From: Coriobacteriia bacterium
Lineage (GTDB): Bacteria > Actinomycetota > Coriobacteriia > Anaerosomatales > PHET01
DNA: 64,000 nucleotides
Direction: 5' to 3'
Assembly: GCA_035687245.1 (NCBI GenBank)
Contig: DASRYH010000050.1
Location: 13,820 to 77,819 of the forward strand
Position 1 is the first letter of the stretch. Every line of letters begins with the position of its first letter. Shown here in pieces: positions 9,730 through 17,991 of this stretch. The notes under the pieces are model-generated. The model did no database searches, was not told the origin of the DNA, and saw nothing but the letters and a program-made list of their open reading frames with translations. Both the position numbers and the translations under genes were made by a program.

Positions 9730-10683
9730 CTAGCGTTTCTCTGCAACCCTCAACTTCGCGCTCCTGGAGCGCGGATTCTCTTCGATCTCGTCGGCGCTGG
9801 GCACGACTGCCCTGCGTGTGACGATGCGGAGTACCGGCTCATTCCCGCACGTGCAGACCGGAAGGTCTGGCGGACATGTACACCCCGTGGCTGCCTGGCT
9901 GAAGATGCGCTTGGCTATGCGATCCTCAAGCGAGTGGTAGCTGATGACTGCGATGCGCCCCTTCGGCGATAGCCACCGAATCGCTGCCTCCAGACCGCGC
10001 TCGAGTGCACCGAGTTCGTCGTTCACTTCGATCCGAAGCGCTTGGAAGACCTTCTTGGCCGGGTGTCCGCCGCTCCGACGTGCCGAAGCCGGTATCGCGG
10101 CCTTGATGATGTCGACGAGATCTCCGGTCGTGGCGATGGGGCGGCGGGCGCGCGCGGCTGTGATGAAGGCTGCGATGCGCGACGCCCACCGTTCCTCGCC
10201 GTAGTCACGGAAGATCCGGGTGAGGTCTGCTTCGTTGTAGTGTGCGATGACCTCTGCTGCGGAGAGAGTCTGTTTACCCGGGTCCATCCGCATGTCCAAC
10301 GGGGCGTTCGCCTTGAAGGAGAAGCCCCTGTCGGGCACGTCTATCTGGTGCGAAGAGACGCCCAAGTCCATCAGCACGGCGTCCACGTACGGGACGCCTG
10401 CCTCGACGAGCAGGTCGTCGAGGTCGCCGAAGTTGCCCTTGAGCAAGATCGTCTTCGCAGGGGTTTGCTGGCCGAGGCGTAGTGCGACTGATGCTGCTTC
10501 TAGTGCCGAGTCATCTTGATCGATACCGACCAGGATTCCGGTCGGTGCGATCAGTGCTGCAAAGTGTCTCGCGTGTCCTGCCCCGCCTAAGGTGCAATCG
10601 ACGACGATAGACCCGGGGTGCAATGAGAGGTGCTGCGTGACCTCGGCCAGCAAAACTGGGGTGTGCCGGTATTCCATTATCAA
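9730..10683 (-). CDS. rsmH: 16S rRNA (cytosine1402-N4)-methyltransferase RsmH (MraW)
   Basis: 317 aa. Contains HTPVLLAEV, DCTLGGAGH, DLGVSSHQ and SYHSLEDR, the canonical RsmH motifs. Directly follows mraZ. Confidence 0.95.
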   Translation of the reverse strand: MIMEYRHTPVLLAEVTQHLSLHPGSIVVDCTLGGAGHARHFAALIAPTGILVGIDQDDSALEAASVALRLGQQTPAKTILLKGNFGDLDDLLVEAGVPYVDAVLMDLGVSSHQIDVPDRGFSFKANAPLDMRMDPGKQTLSAAEVIAHYNEADLTRIFRDYGEERWASRIAAFITAARARRPIATTGDLVDIIKAAIPASARRSGGHPAKKVFQALRIEVNDELGALERGLEAAIRWLSPKGRIAVISYHSLEDRIAKRIFSQAATGCTCPPDLPVCTCGNEPVLRIVTRRAVVPSADEIEENPRSRSAKLRVAEKR

Positions 10684-10686
10684 GTC

Positions 10687-11121
10687 CTACAGGAGCCCAG
10701 CGTCAGCCAGCTCCTGGGAAAGTGCGCCGATATCGCCGGCGGTCGCGCCGTTGTAGCGCTCCCATGCCTTGGCGTCCCACAGCTCAATGCGGTCGCCGCT
10801 GCCGATCACGACGACGTCTTTTGCCAGCCCTGCCCAGTCGCGCAGGCTCGGCGTGAGCGAAACGCGCCCTGCCGAATCGAGATCGACTTCATTCGCGCCC
10901 GACGCGAAGAAGCGACGAACCTCGCGAACCTTCGGGTTGAAGTCCGACTTGGCGAGGAGTTCGCCCATGAACCGCTCGTAGTCAGCCGGAGCGAAGACGT
11001 ACAGGCAGTTGTCGAGGCCCTTGGCCACGGTGACGCTGCCTGCGAGCTGATTCCGGAACTTGGCGGGCAGCGACAGGCGCCCCTTGGCGTCCAGCGTGTG
11101 CTGGTGCTCGCCGAGAAACAT
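10687..11121 (-). CDS. mraZ: transcriptional regulator MraZ
   Basis: 144 aa. MFLGEHQHTLDAKGRLSLPAKFR plus a second DxxGR repeat (DSAGRVSL). First gene of the dcw cluster. Confidence 0.95.
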   Translation of the reverse strand: MFLGEHQHTLDAKGRLSLPAKFRNQLAGSVTVAKGLDNCLYVFAPADYERFMGELLAKSDFNPKVREVRRFFASGANEVDLDSAGRVSLTPSLRDWAGLAKDVVVIGSGDRIELWDAKAWERYNGATAGDIGALSQELADAGLL

Positions 11122-11193
11122 CCGTCCCCTCCTGCCCTCTTCCCTCGCACTTCGAGACGGTCTCTTTGTGGGAAACCCCCTCCTCGGTTCGCT

Positions 11194-11222
11194 ACTCTAT
11201 GACACTTCATGCCACTAGGCAA
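11194..11222 (-). promoter_or_regulatory. candidate sigma-A promoter of the mraZ/dcw operon
   Basis: The minus strand reads TTGCCT (11222-11217), a 17-nt spacer, then TAGAGT (11199-11194). This lies about 70 nt upstream of the mraZ ATG. Confidence 0.5.
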
Positions 11223-11240
11223 CCCTTTTATGGGATTTTG

Positions 11241-11288
11241 CACCACTCGTCCCCATTTCGCTCCACCTACCCCCACGGCGCTCCACAC
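11241..11288 (-). promoter_or_regulatory. MraZ-box-like array: five direct (G/A)TGG(A/G/T)G repeats at exact 10-bp phasing
   Basis: The reverse complement of 11241-11290 is AGGTGTGGAG CGCCGTGGGG GTAGGTGGAG CGAAATGGGG ACGAGTGGTG. The hexamer recurs every 10 bp, starting 18 nt upstream of the candidate -35. The GTGG/TGGG core resembles published MraZ operators. Confidence 0.55.
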
Positions 11289-11426
11289 CTAGACCGAACT
11301 CCCGTGTGCGTTTTCGGAAACGGGACCACCTCGCGCGAACTCCTCCGTTGGTCGCGGCGTCAAAGGGGGTGAAGGGCGATCGATTCCTTCGGCGTTGACA
11401 CGGTGAACGCGCGATGAACGGCTGCG

Positions 11427-11455
11427 TTGCTCCCGCCACTGGGGAGGGGTAGAAT
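11427..11455 (+). promoter_or_regulatory. candidate promoter for the 45-aa peptide gene
   Basis: TTGCTC (11427-11432), a 17-nt spacer, then TAGAAT (11450-11455). The -10 element lies about 40 nt upstream of the ATG at 11495. Confidence 0.4.
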
Positions 11456-11494
11456 TCGGGTCGCATACCCCGCTGACCGGAGGTGAACGACTCT

Positions 11495-11632
11495 ATGACC
11501 CCGAACTGGGCCGGAGCTGTTGTCTGGGTTCTCGTTCTCGCGTTCTTCGTTGTCGTTGCGCTCGGCATCGCGATCGGCGCGTACGCCGCCTCGGTGCTCA
11601 AGAAGCGTGAAGGCAACGTCACCGACGTCTAG
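11495..11632 (+). CDS. 45-aa single-TM hydrophobic peptide (hypothetical; below the ORF-track size cutoff)
   Basis: ATG 11495 is preceded by GGAGGTG 8 nt upstream. Translation: MTPNWAGAVVWVLVLAFFVVVALGIAIGAYAASVLKKREGNVTDV. It has its own candidate promoter and a downstream terminator. Confidence 0.5.
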   Translation: MTPNWAGAVVWVLVLAFFVVVALGIAIGAYAASVLKKREGNVTDV

Positions 11633-11657
11633 ACGTCGAAGCGCTGCACGACCGATC

Positions 11658-11702
11658 GACGCCCTTTGCGCCACATGCGGCGCTGAAGGGCGTCTTTTCG
11701 TT
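11658..11702 (+). terminator. rho-independent terminator / possible attenuator
   Basis: GACGCCCTT..(inner GCGCC/GGCGC stem)..AAGGGCGTC followed by TTTTCGTT. It sits 26 nt after the peptide stop and 18 nt before the DUF4349 start. Confidence 0.6.
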
Positions 11703-11719
11703 GTCAGACACAGTGGAAG

Positions 11720-12772
11720 GTGAAGGTCATGTGGTCACCCAAGGCACGACGCACGCGCACGATCCTGGTCGTCGTCGGCGTTACCGGGGCGCTGATCTTC
11801 GGCGCGGTCCTCGGCGGTGCGCTCGTGGGCGTCGCCCTCTTCAACGTCGGTGGCAGCAGCAGCGCCGGCCAATCGACGTCGGATGGCTACGCCACCGAGC
11901 AGATGAACTATGGCGTCGCCAGCGCACCTCAAGCAACACGCGATGCCGCAGTCACAGGTGGTGCCGCAGAGTCCAAGGCCGCCGCTCCCGATCAGCTAAC
12001 GGCATCGACCACGGCAGCAACCGCTGAACCCATGATGGTCAAGACGTCTTCGATGGACGTGCGAGTCGACAAGGTTGGGGACGCGCTCGATCAGATTCGC
12101 GGCATTGTCGGCCGTTTCGGCGCGCAGATCTCCGACTACTCGGTCTCAAACGACGCGACCGTCCGCCCAATAGAGCCCACGATGCAGTCCGCAACGCCTT
12201 CTTCGGCCTACGTCACAATCCGCGTTCCGGCTAAGAACCTCGACGCCCTGCGTGCCGAGCTCTCCAAGGTCGGCGACGTCTTGACCGAGTCGTCTTCGGC
12301 AAGTGACGTCACGCAGCAGTATGTGGATATGGATGCACGCCTCAAGAACCTCAAGGCCGAAGAGGGTCGGCTGCGCGACTTCCTCACCAAGACCAACAAG
12401 GTAAGCGAGCTGCTGCAGGTCGAGAGCGAGCTCTCGCGCGTGCGTGGCGATATCGAGTCGATGCAGGCTCAGCTGGACTACCTCAGCAAGCAGGTCTCGC
12501 TCGCCACGCTCACCTTGAACTTGAGCGAGCCCGGCGCCGTGGTGCGCCCGCAGGGAATCGACTGGGGCTTCCGCGCAGCGCTCACCCGTGGCTTCCAGGG
12601 CGCTGCATCGGTCGTGACCTTCCTCATCACTGCGACGATCGCGCTGCTCCCGCTCCTGCTCGTGGGTATGGTCGTCTTCCTGATAGCGCGTGCCCTTGTG
12701 CGTCGCGCACGCAAGAACCGGCCCGCCGAAGATACGGCCGCCGAGTCCGCTCCCGATGAAGGAGACGAGTGA
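11720..12772 (+). CDS. DUF4349-like membrane-anchored coiled-coil protein
   Basis: 350 aa. N-terminal TM, a central region (YVTIRVPAKNLDALRAEL...QQYVDMDARLKNLKAEEGRLRDFL...LSRVRGDIESMQAQLDYL) and a C-terminal TM. This matches my recollection of the DUF4349 family. An alternative ATG start lies at 11729. Confidence 0.75.
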   Translation: MKVMWSPKARRTRTILVVVGVTGALIFGAVLGGALVGVALFNVGGSSSAGQSTSDGYATEQMNYGVASAPQATRDAAVTGGAAESKAAAPDQLTASTTAATAEPMMVKTSSMDVRVDKVGDALDQIRGIVGRFGAQISDYSVSNDATVRPIEPTMQSATPSSAYVTIRVPAKNLDALRAELSKVGDVLTESSSASDVTQQYVDMDARLKNLKAEEGRLRDFLTKTNKVSELLQVESELSRVRGDIESMQAQLDYLSKQVSLATLTLNLSEPGAVVRPQGIDWGFRAALTRGFQGAASVVTFLITATIALLPLLLVGMVVFLIARALVRRARKNRPAEDTAAESAPDEGDE

Positions 12773-13020
12773 TCTCTCGCCTGCGGCTACGAATCCCGAT
12801 CTGGGCGGCGCTCGCCATTCCGAGCGCCGCCTATCTCGTGCGCTCGATCCTGATACGTCACGGCGACTTCAGTGTCGACAGAGCAGACATCCTTGTGGTG
12901 TCGCTGGTCGTGTGCGCAGTAGCGGCAGTTGTCTGGATGCGACACAGAGCCGACGACGAAGCGGACGCGTCCGTCAAGGACCCGTCCGCTTCGGAAGCGA
13001 CCTCTGACTCTGACTCCTAG
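12769..13020 (+). CDS. 83-aa two-TM membrane protein (hypothetical)
   Basis: ATGA overlap with the upstream stop. Two hydrophobic helices and an acidic/Ser-rich tail. I recognise no family. Confidence 0.45.
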   Translation: MISRLRLRIPIWAALAIPSAAYLVRSILIRHGDFSVDRADILVVSLVVCAVAAVVWMRHRADDEADASVKDPSASEATSDSDS

Positions 13021-13997
13021 GCCTTCTTGCTGTAGGGCTTGCCGTCAGCTGCTGGGGCCACCGAACGCCCAACGACGCCTGCCAGCACAAGGACTGTCAG
13101 CAGGTAGGGCAGCATGAGGAAGAACTGCGGCGGAATCTTGATGACGTTTGAGAATATCTGCAGCTTGAGCTGCAGCGCGTCCGCGAAACCGAACAGCAGC
13201 GACGCAAGGTAGGCACCGCCGGGGATCCAGCGACCGAAGATCATGGCCGCAAGGGCGATGAAGCCACGCCCGTTCGTCATGTTCTCGGTGAAAGCACCCA
13301 CCTGCTCGAGCGTTAGGTTCGCTCCAGCGAGGCCGGCCATGGCACCGGAGATCAGCACCGCCATCCACCTGCCCCGGTAGACGTCGACGCCCACGGTGTC
13401 GGCCGCTCGCGGATGCTCACCGAGCGCACGAAGCCTCAGACCCCAGCGCGTCCGGTAGAGCGCCCACGTGAGGAAGACGGCCAGGAACATGCCCAAATAG
13501 ACGAGCGGCGTGTAGCTCAGGAAGACCACGTCGATCCACGTCCACAGGGTGCCCATCGCGCCCTGACCGCCAGCAGGGAAGTCGAAGACTGGCTTGAGGC
13601 GCTCGACCGAGTCGGTGGTGCCGGGGTGCTTGAAGATCGTCTCCATCAGAAAGCCCGTCGCACCCAGTGCGAGAATGTTGATGGCCGTGCCTGAGATCAC
13701 CTGGTCGGCCTGCAAGTTCACAGATGCCCATGCATGGAGCGCGGAGAACATCGTGCCCCCCACGATCGCCGCGAACACACCGAGCCACGTCGCGAGTGCG
13801 ACCGGCACGCCCCACCCGGGCGCGAGAAGCGTCACGGCTACGCCGAAGAACGCTGCCACGAGCATCAAGCCTTCCATGGCGATGTTCACAACGCCGGAGC
13901 GCTCGCAGATCGTGGCGCCGATAGCCGCGAGGGCGATCGGTGTCGCAAGGCGTACCGCGGATGCGAACAGTTCGGGGGTGAAGACCTCGCTAAACAT
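13017..13997 (-). CDS. ABC transporter permease (BMP/nucleoside-type importer, second permease)
   Basis: 326-aa polytopic ORF of the sugar/nucleoside permease type (YufQ/NupQ-like). Last gene of the SBP-ATPase-permease-permease operon. Confidence 0.88.
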   Translation of the reverse strand: MFSEVFTPELFASAVRLATPIALAAIGATICERSGVVNIAMEGLMLVAAFFGVAVTLLAPGWGVPVALATWLGVFAAIVGGTMFSALHAWASVNLQADQVISGTAINILALGATGFLMETIFKHPGTTDSVERLKPVFDFPAGGQGAMGTLWTWIDVVFLSYTPLVYLGMFLAVFLTWALYRTRWGLRLRALGEHPRAADTVGVDVYRGRWMAVLISGAMAGLAGANLTLEQVGAFTENMTNGRGFIALAAMIFGRWIPGGAYLASLLFGFADALQLKLQIFSNVIKIPPQFFLMLPYLLTVLVLAGVVGRSVAPAADGKPYSKKA

Positions 13998-15156
13998 TGG
14001 TCGCCCCCGTTCGGCGTGCCCGGGCTACGGCCCAGGTGACGATCGCCTCTGCGCCGACCAAGAAGATGATCGTGCCCTGAATGATCGAGATCACCTTCTG
14101 CGAGACCGCCGCTTCGAGCTGCATCGTTCCGGCTCCCGCCGACAGTGCGCCGAACAGGATCGCCGCGGCGATGACTCCGAAGGGGTTCTTCTTGGCAAGC
14201 AGAGCGACCGCGATTCCCGTGAAACCGAAGCCCGCAGAGAACTGGTCGAACAGCCTCCAGTGAACGCCCATCACCTCCACCGCGCCTGCGAGACCGGCGA
14301 GCGCGCCGGAGGTGCAGAGCGACTTGATCGTGGTGGAGGCGATCGAGATTCCGCTGTTCTCAGCCGCGAAGGGGCTGAAGCCTACAGCGCGGGCCTCATA
14401 GCCCATCACCGTGTACTTCAGAATCCACCACACGACGAGCGCCGCAACGATGCCGATCAGAATGCCAACGTGCGCGCGGTTCGGCTGGATGAACCCGAAT
14501 ACGTCGGAGATGCGAGAGAGCCTGGCCTCAGGCGGCAGCTCCGGCGTCTGCGGGATCTGACCCTCGGCCTTGAACGGACCGGTAACGATCCACGAGACGA
14601 GGTAGCGTCCGATGTAGGAGAACATCATCGTCGTAATGACCTCATGGGCGCCGATCTTCGCCTTCATGAGCGCTGGAATGAAGGCCCACGCCGCACCGGC
14701 GAGCGCGGCGCACAGGAGCGCGATGGGGGCCGCTACGAACCACGGCGTCCCAGCGAGCTGGTAACCGAAGAATGCAGCGGCAAGGCCGCCCATGAAGAGC
14801 TGGCCTTCGGCACCGATGTTGAACAGGCCGGCTCGGAAGCCGTATGCGAGCGCAAGACCCGTGAAGACCAGCGGCGTCGCTTTTAGCAGCGTCTCGCCGA
14901 TCTGGCGGGTCCCCCCGAACGCTCCCGAGAACATTGCGAGATACGCCTGGACCGGGCTCTTGCCCGCCGCAAGGATGACCACGGAGCCCAGCAGCATCGC
15001 GATAGCAATCGAGAGAAACGGGGTGGCGATGCTGATGGCGCGCTTGATCCGCTCCTGCTCCAGCGCGAACCGGCGCTCCTCGCTCTCGCGCTGAGCGACG
15101 CTTGCTTGGACCTCTTGGTCTTGGCGTGGGGTCTCAGACATGGGACCCCTCCGCAA
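13990..15156 (-). CDS. ABC transporter permease (BMP/nucleoside-type importer, first permease)
   Basis: 388-aa polytopic ORF (YufP/NupP-like). Overlaps both neighbouring genes. Confidence 0.88.
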   Translation of the reverse strand: MRRGPMSETPRQDQEVQASVAQRESEERRFALEQERIKRAISIATPFLSIAIAMLLGSVVILAAGKSPVQAYLAMFSGAFGGTRQIGETLLKATPLVFTGLALAYGFRAGLFNIGAEGQLFMGGLAAAFFGYQLAGTPWFVAAPIALLCAALAGAAWAFIPALMKAKIGAHEVITTMMFSYIGRYLVSWIVTGPFKAEGQIPQTPELPPEARLSRISDVFGFIQPNRAHVGILIGIVAALVVWWILKYTVMGYEARAVGFSPFAAENSGISIASTTIKSLCTSGALAGLAGAVEVMGVHWRLFDQFSAGFGFTGIAVALLAKKNPFGVIAAAILFGALSAGAGTMQLEAAVSQKVISIIQGTIIFLVGAEAIVTWAVARARRTGATNV

Positions 15157-16762
15157 CCTCGGACGCTGAATCGGCCATCTTGTCGCCCTTGCCTCCGGTC
15201 ATGTAGTAGCCGAGCTGCTCCTCGGTCACTGCGCCTCCCTCGAACTCAGCGGCGATCCGGCCTTCGTATACGACGAGGATCCTGTCCGATAGCGACATGA
15301 CCTCTTCGAGCTCCATGCTCACGAGCAGTACCGCCTTACCCGCGTCGCGTTCGGCGAGTATCTGACGATGGACGAACTCGATGGCGCCGACGTCCAGACC
15401 GCGCGTCGGCTGAGCGGCAATGAGCAGGTTCGGGTCGCGCCCCAGTTCGCGCGCGAGCACGAGCTTCTGCTGGTTGCCGCCCGACAGGTTGGCGGCCGCG
15501 ACGTGAGCGGATGGTGTTCGCACGTCGTAGGCCGCTATGCGCTCTGCTGCTATCCGCTCGAGATACTTGCGATCGAGGATGCCGGCCTTTGAGAACGGCG
15601 GGCGGCGATGATCCCCGAGGGCAAGGTTCTCGACCAGATCGAAGTCGAGCACCAGACCGCGCCTGTGCCTGTCTTCCGGGACGTGACTGACGCCATGAGC
15701 GATCGTGGCGCGCGTGCTGGCGTGCGTGATATCTGAACCGCGCAGCCGAACGGTGCCCCCGACAGGACGCCGAAGTCCCATGATCGCCTCAACGATCTCG
15801 CGTTGCCCGTTGCCATCAACGCCGGCGATACCGACGATCTCTCCACCGCGGACTTGGAAGCTCACCTCACGGACCGCCTCAAGCTTGCGGTCGTCGAGCA
15901 CCTTGAGGCCGTCGACCTCGAGCACGACCTCCTTTGGCGAAGACGGCGCCTTGTCGACGCGCAGTACAACCTCGCGTCCCACCATCATCTTCGCTAGTGA
16001 CTCTTCGCTGCACTCGCTCGGTGTTGTCTCGCCCACCACGCGTCCAAGGCGCATGACGACGATGCGGTCGGCAAAGGCCATGACCTCGTCGAGCTTGTGG
16101 GTGATGATCACGACCGCAAGTCCTTCGGAGACGAGACCGCGAACGATCTCGAAGAGCTCGCGCACCTCTTGCGGCGTGAGCACCGCGGTCGGCTCGTCGA
16201 GGATGAGGATGCGGGCGTCGCGGTAGAGCGCCTTGAGGATTTCGACTCGCTGCTGCCTGCCGACTGAGAGGTCCATGACGCGCGCGTCCGGGTCGACCTT
16301 GAGGCCGTAGCGTTCGGAGAGCTCCACCACGCGCTTGCGCGCCGCAGCGCGATCGATGACGCCACCAACGCCGGTGGTCGGCTCTCCGCCCAAGACGATG
16401 TTCTCGGTGACCGTGAGCGGTTCGACGAGCATGAAGTGCTGGTGAACCATGCCGATGCGTAGCGCGATGGCGTCAGCCGGACCAACGATCGAGACGGGCT
16501 GACCGTCGACGAGGATCTCTCCTTCGTCCTTGCCGAGAAGGCCGTAGGCGACATTCATCAGCGTGGACTTGCCCGCGCCGTTCTCCCCAAGCAGCGCGAC
16601 GACCTCGCCGGCCCCTACCGCGACCGAGACGTCATCGTTTGCCAGTACTCCGGGAAAGCGCTTGGTAATGCGACGAAGTTCCAGGGCGATGGTGCGCCCG
16701 TGGGGTACAGACGGCGCCGGGCACGCGGCGACCGGTTCATCGGCCATGGAGACCCCCGTCAT
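15134..16762 (-). CDS. ABC transporter ATP-binding protein with duplicated NBDs
   Basis: 542 aa. Has Walker A GENGAGKST, the LSVGRQQR/LSGGNQQK signatures and two Walker B motifs (ILILDEPT, LLIAAQPTRGLD). This is the RbsA/NupO-type tandem ATPase. Confidence 0.92.
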   Translation of the reverse strand: MTGVSMADEPVAACPAPSVPHGRTIALELRRITKRFPGVLANDDVSVAVGAGEVVALLGENGAGKSTLMNVAYGLLGKDEGEILVDGQPVSIVGPADAIALRIGMVHQHFMLVEPLTVTENIVLGGEPTTGVGGVIDRAAARKRVVELSERYGLKVDPDARVMDLSVGRQQRVEILKALYRDARILILDEPTAVLTPQEVRELFEIVRGLVSEGLAVVIITHKLDEVMAFADRIVVMRLGRVVGETTPSECSEESLAKMMVGREVVLRVDKAPSSPKEVVLEVDGLKVLDDRKLEAVREVSFQVRGGEIVGIAGVDGNGQREIVEAIMGLRRPVGGTVRLRGSDITHASTRATIAHGVSHVPEDRHRRGLVLDFDLVENLALGDHRRPPFSKAGILDRKYLERIAAERIAAYDVRTPSAHVAAANLSGGNQQKLVLARELGRDPNLLIAAQPTRGLDVGAIEFVHRQILAERDAGKAVLLVSMELEEVMSLSDRILVVYEGRIAAEFEGGAVTEEQLGYYMTGGKGDKMADSASEVAEGSHV

Positions 16763-16772
16763 GGAAGCGGTG

Positions 16773-16802
16773 CGGGGCGGACGCGCGATGGCGCCCGCCC
16801 CG
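16773..16802 (-). other. intercistronic GC-rich stem-loop between the SBP and ATPase genes
   Basis: CGGGGCGG(G/A)CGC...GCGCCCGCCCCG inverted repeat in the 56-nt gap. There is no U-tract. Such hairpins commonly stabilise the upstream SBP message. Confidence 0.4.
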
Positions 16803-16818
16803 ACAACCGAATTCGGAC

Positions 16819-17895
16819 CTACTTGTCAGGGACGACAACCGCACCGGACTTGATATCGTCCGACGCCTTCGTCACTGCGTCCTTGATCTCCTGCGGCATC
16901 TTGCTGTCCCAGTCGTGGAACTCCGCGAGACCAACGCCGTCTTCGGCGAGACCGAAGACCTTGTTCTCTCCACCCTTCAGGGTGCCGTCAACGGCAGCCT
17001 GAACGGTCTGGAACACAGCGTTGTCAACGCGCTTGACGGCCGAGGTGACGATGGTGTCGCCCGGGTCGGTAAGCGTGTTGTACTGGTCGGCGTCGACGCC
17101 GATGAACAGTGCCTTGTTGTCCTTGCACGCGCTGAACGAGCCGTTACCGGTCTGGCCAGCGGCGGCGAAGATGATGTCAGCGCCACCCTCGATCATGGCC
17201 TTGGCGGCTTCGGCGCCCTTCTGCTGATCCGTGAAGGTACCGGTGTAGACGCTCTTGACCTCGATCTTCGGGTCGACCGACTTGGCGCCGGCCTCGAAGC
17301 CGATCTTGAAGCGCTGGACGGCCGGGATTTCCATGCCGCCGACGAAGCCGATGACCTTCTTGTCGTTGATGCGAGGGTCGGCGTCGGTCTTGGTGGTGAG
17401 CATGCCTGCCACGACACCAGCGAGATAAGCGGCTTCCTGCTCCTTGAAGTTAAGGCCGAGCGTGTTGGCCTCAGGCTTCTCGAAGTTGATATCGATGCCA
17501 CCAAACACGACGTCCGAATTCTGCGGCGCAACCTTGACGACCGTGTCGGTCATCAGGAAGCCAACGGCGAAGATCGGGTTGTAGCCGGCAGTTGCAAGCT
17601 GGGTGATGTTGCTCTCGTAGTCCGTCGGCTCCTTGGACTCGAGAACCTGGATCTCCACGCCCAGCTCCTTCTCGGCGCGCTGCAGACCCGCGTACGAGAG
17701 GTCGTTGAACGACTTGTCGCCCAGACCGCCGACGTCGGTGACCATTGCGGCCTTCACGTCGGTCTTGGGGGTCTCAGCGGCGGGGGTCTCGGTCGCAGGC
17801 TTCTCGGCCGCAGGCTTCGAACAGCCAACCGCCAACGTTGCGACCAACGCGATTGCGAGCAGGAGTGCTGTGATCTTGCCGAACTTCGATCTCAC
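16819..17895 (-). CDS. BMP-family (basic membrane protein / PnrA-Med-like) substrate-binding lipoprotein
   Basis: 358 aa. Signal peptide with lipobox LAVGCS, and BMP-like motifs (VTDVGGLGDKSFND, IGFVGGMEIP). First gene of the ABC operon. Confidence 0.9.
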   Translation of the reverse strand: MRSKFGKITALLLAIALVATLAVGCSKPAAEKPATETPAAETPKTDVKAAMVTDVGGLGDKSFNDLSYAGLQRAEKELGVEIQVLESKEPTDYESNITQLATAGYNPIFAVGFLMTDTVVKVAPQNSDVVFGGIDINFEKPEANTLGLNFKEQEAAYLAGVVAGMLTTKTDADPRINDKKVIGFVGGMEIPAVQRFKIGFEAGAKSVDPKIEVKSVYTGTFTDQQKGAEAAKAMIEGGADIIFAAAGQTGNGSFSACKDNKALFIGVDADQYNTLTDPGDTIVTSAVKRVDNAVFQTVQAAVDGTLKGGENKVFGLAEDGVGLAEFHDWDSKMPQEIKDAVTKASDDIKSGAVVVPDK

Positions 17896-17991
17896 GTGGA
17901 TCTCCCTCCTCTATTCACGGAACGTCCCTTCGCATCCATTCTAGCGGAAACCGAGGCCGTTCCTCCGACAAACCACGCACCTGCGAGGCCC

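Noticed and set aside
11395-11400. Perfect TTGACA hexamer in the mraZ-upstream region, considered as a -35 element.
   Set aside because: There is no TANNNT-like -10 at 16-19 nt downstream. The TTGCTC/TAGAAT pair 30 nt further on is a better candidate.
13017-13020. Convergent genes (the 83-aa ORF and the ABC permease) whose stop codons share the palindrome CTAG, with no terminator between them.
   Set aside because: The observation is real but probably trivial, and it depends on the low-confidence 83-aa ORF being genuine.
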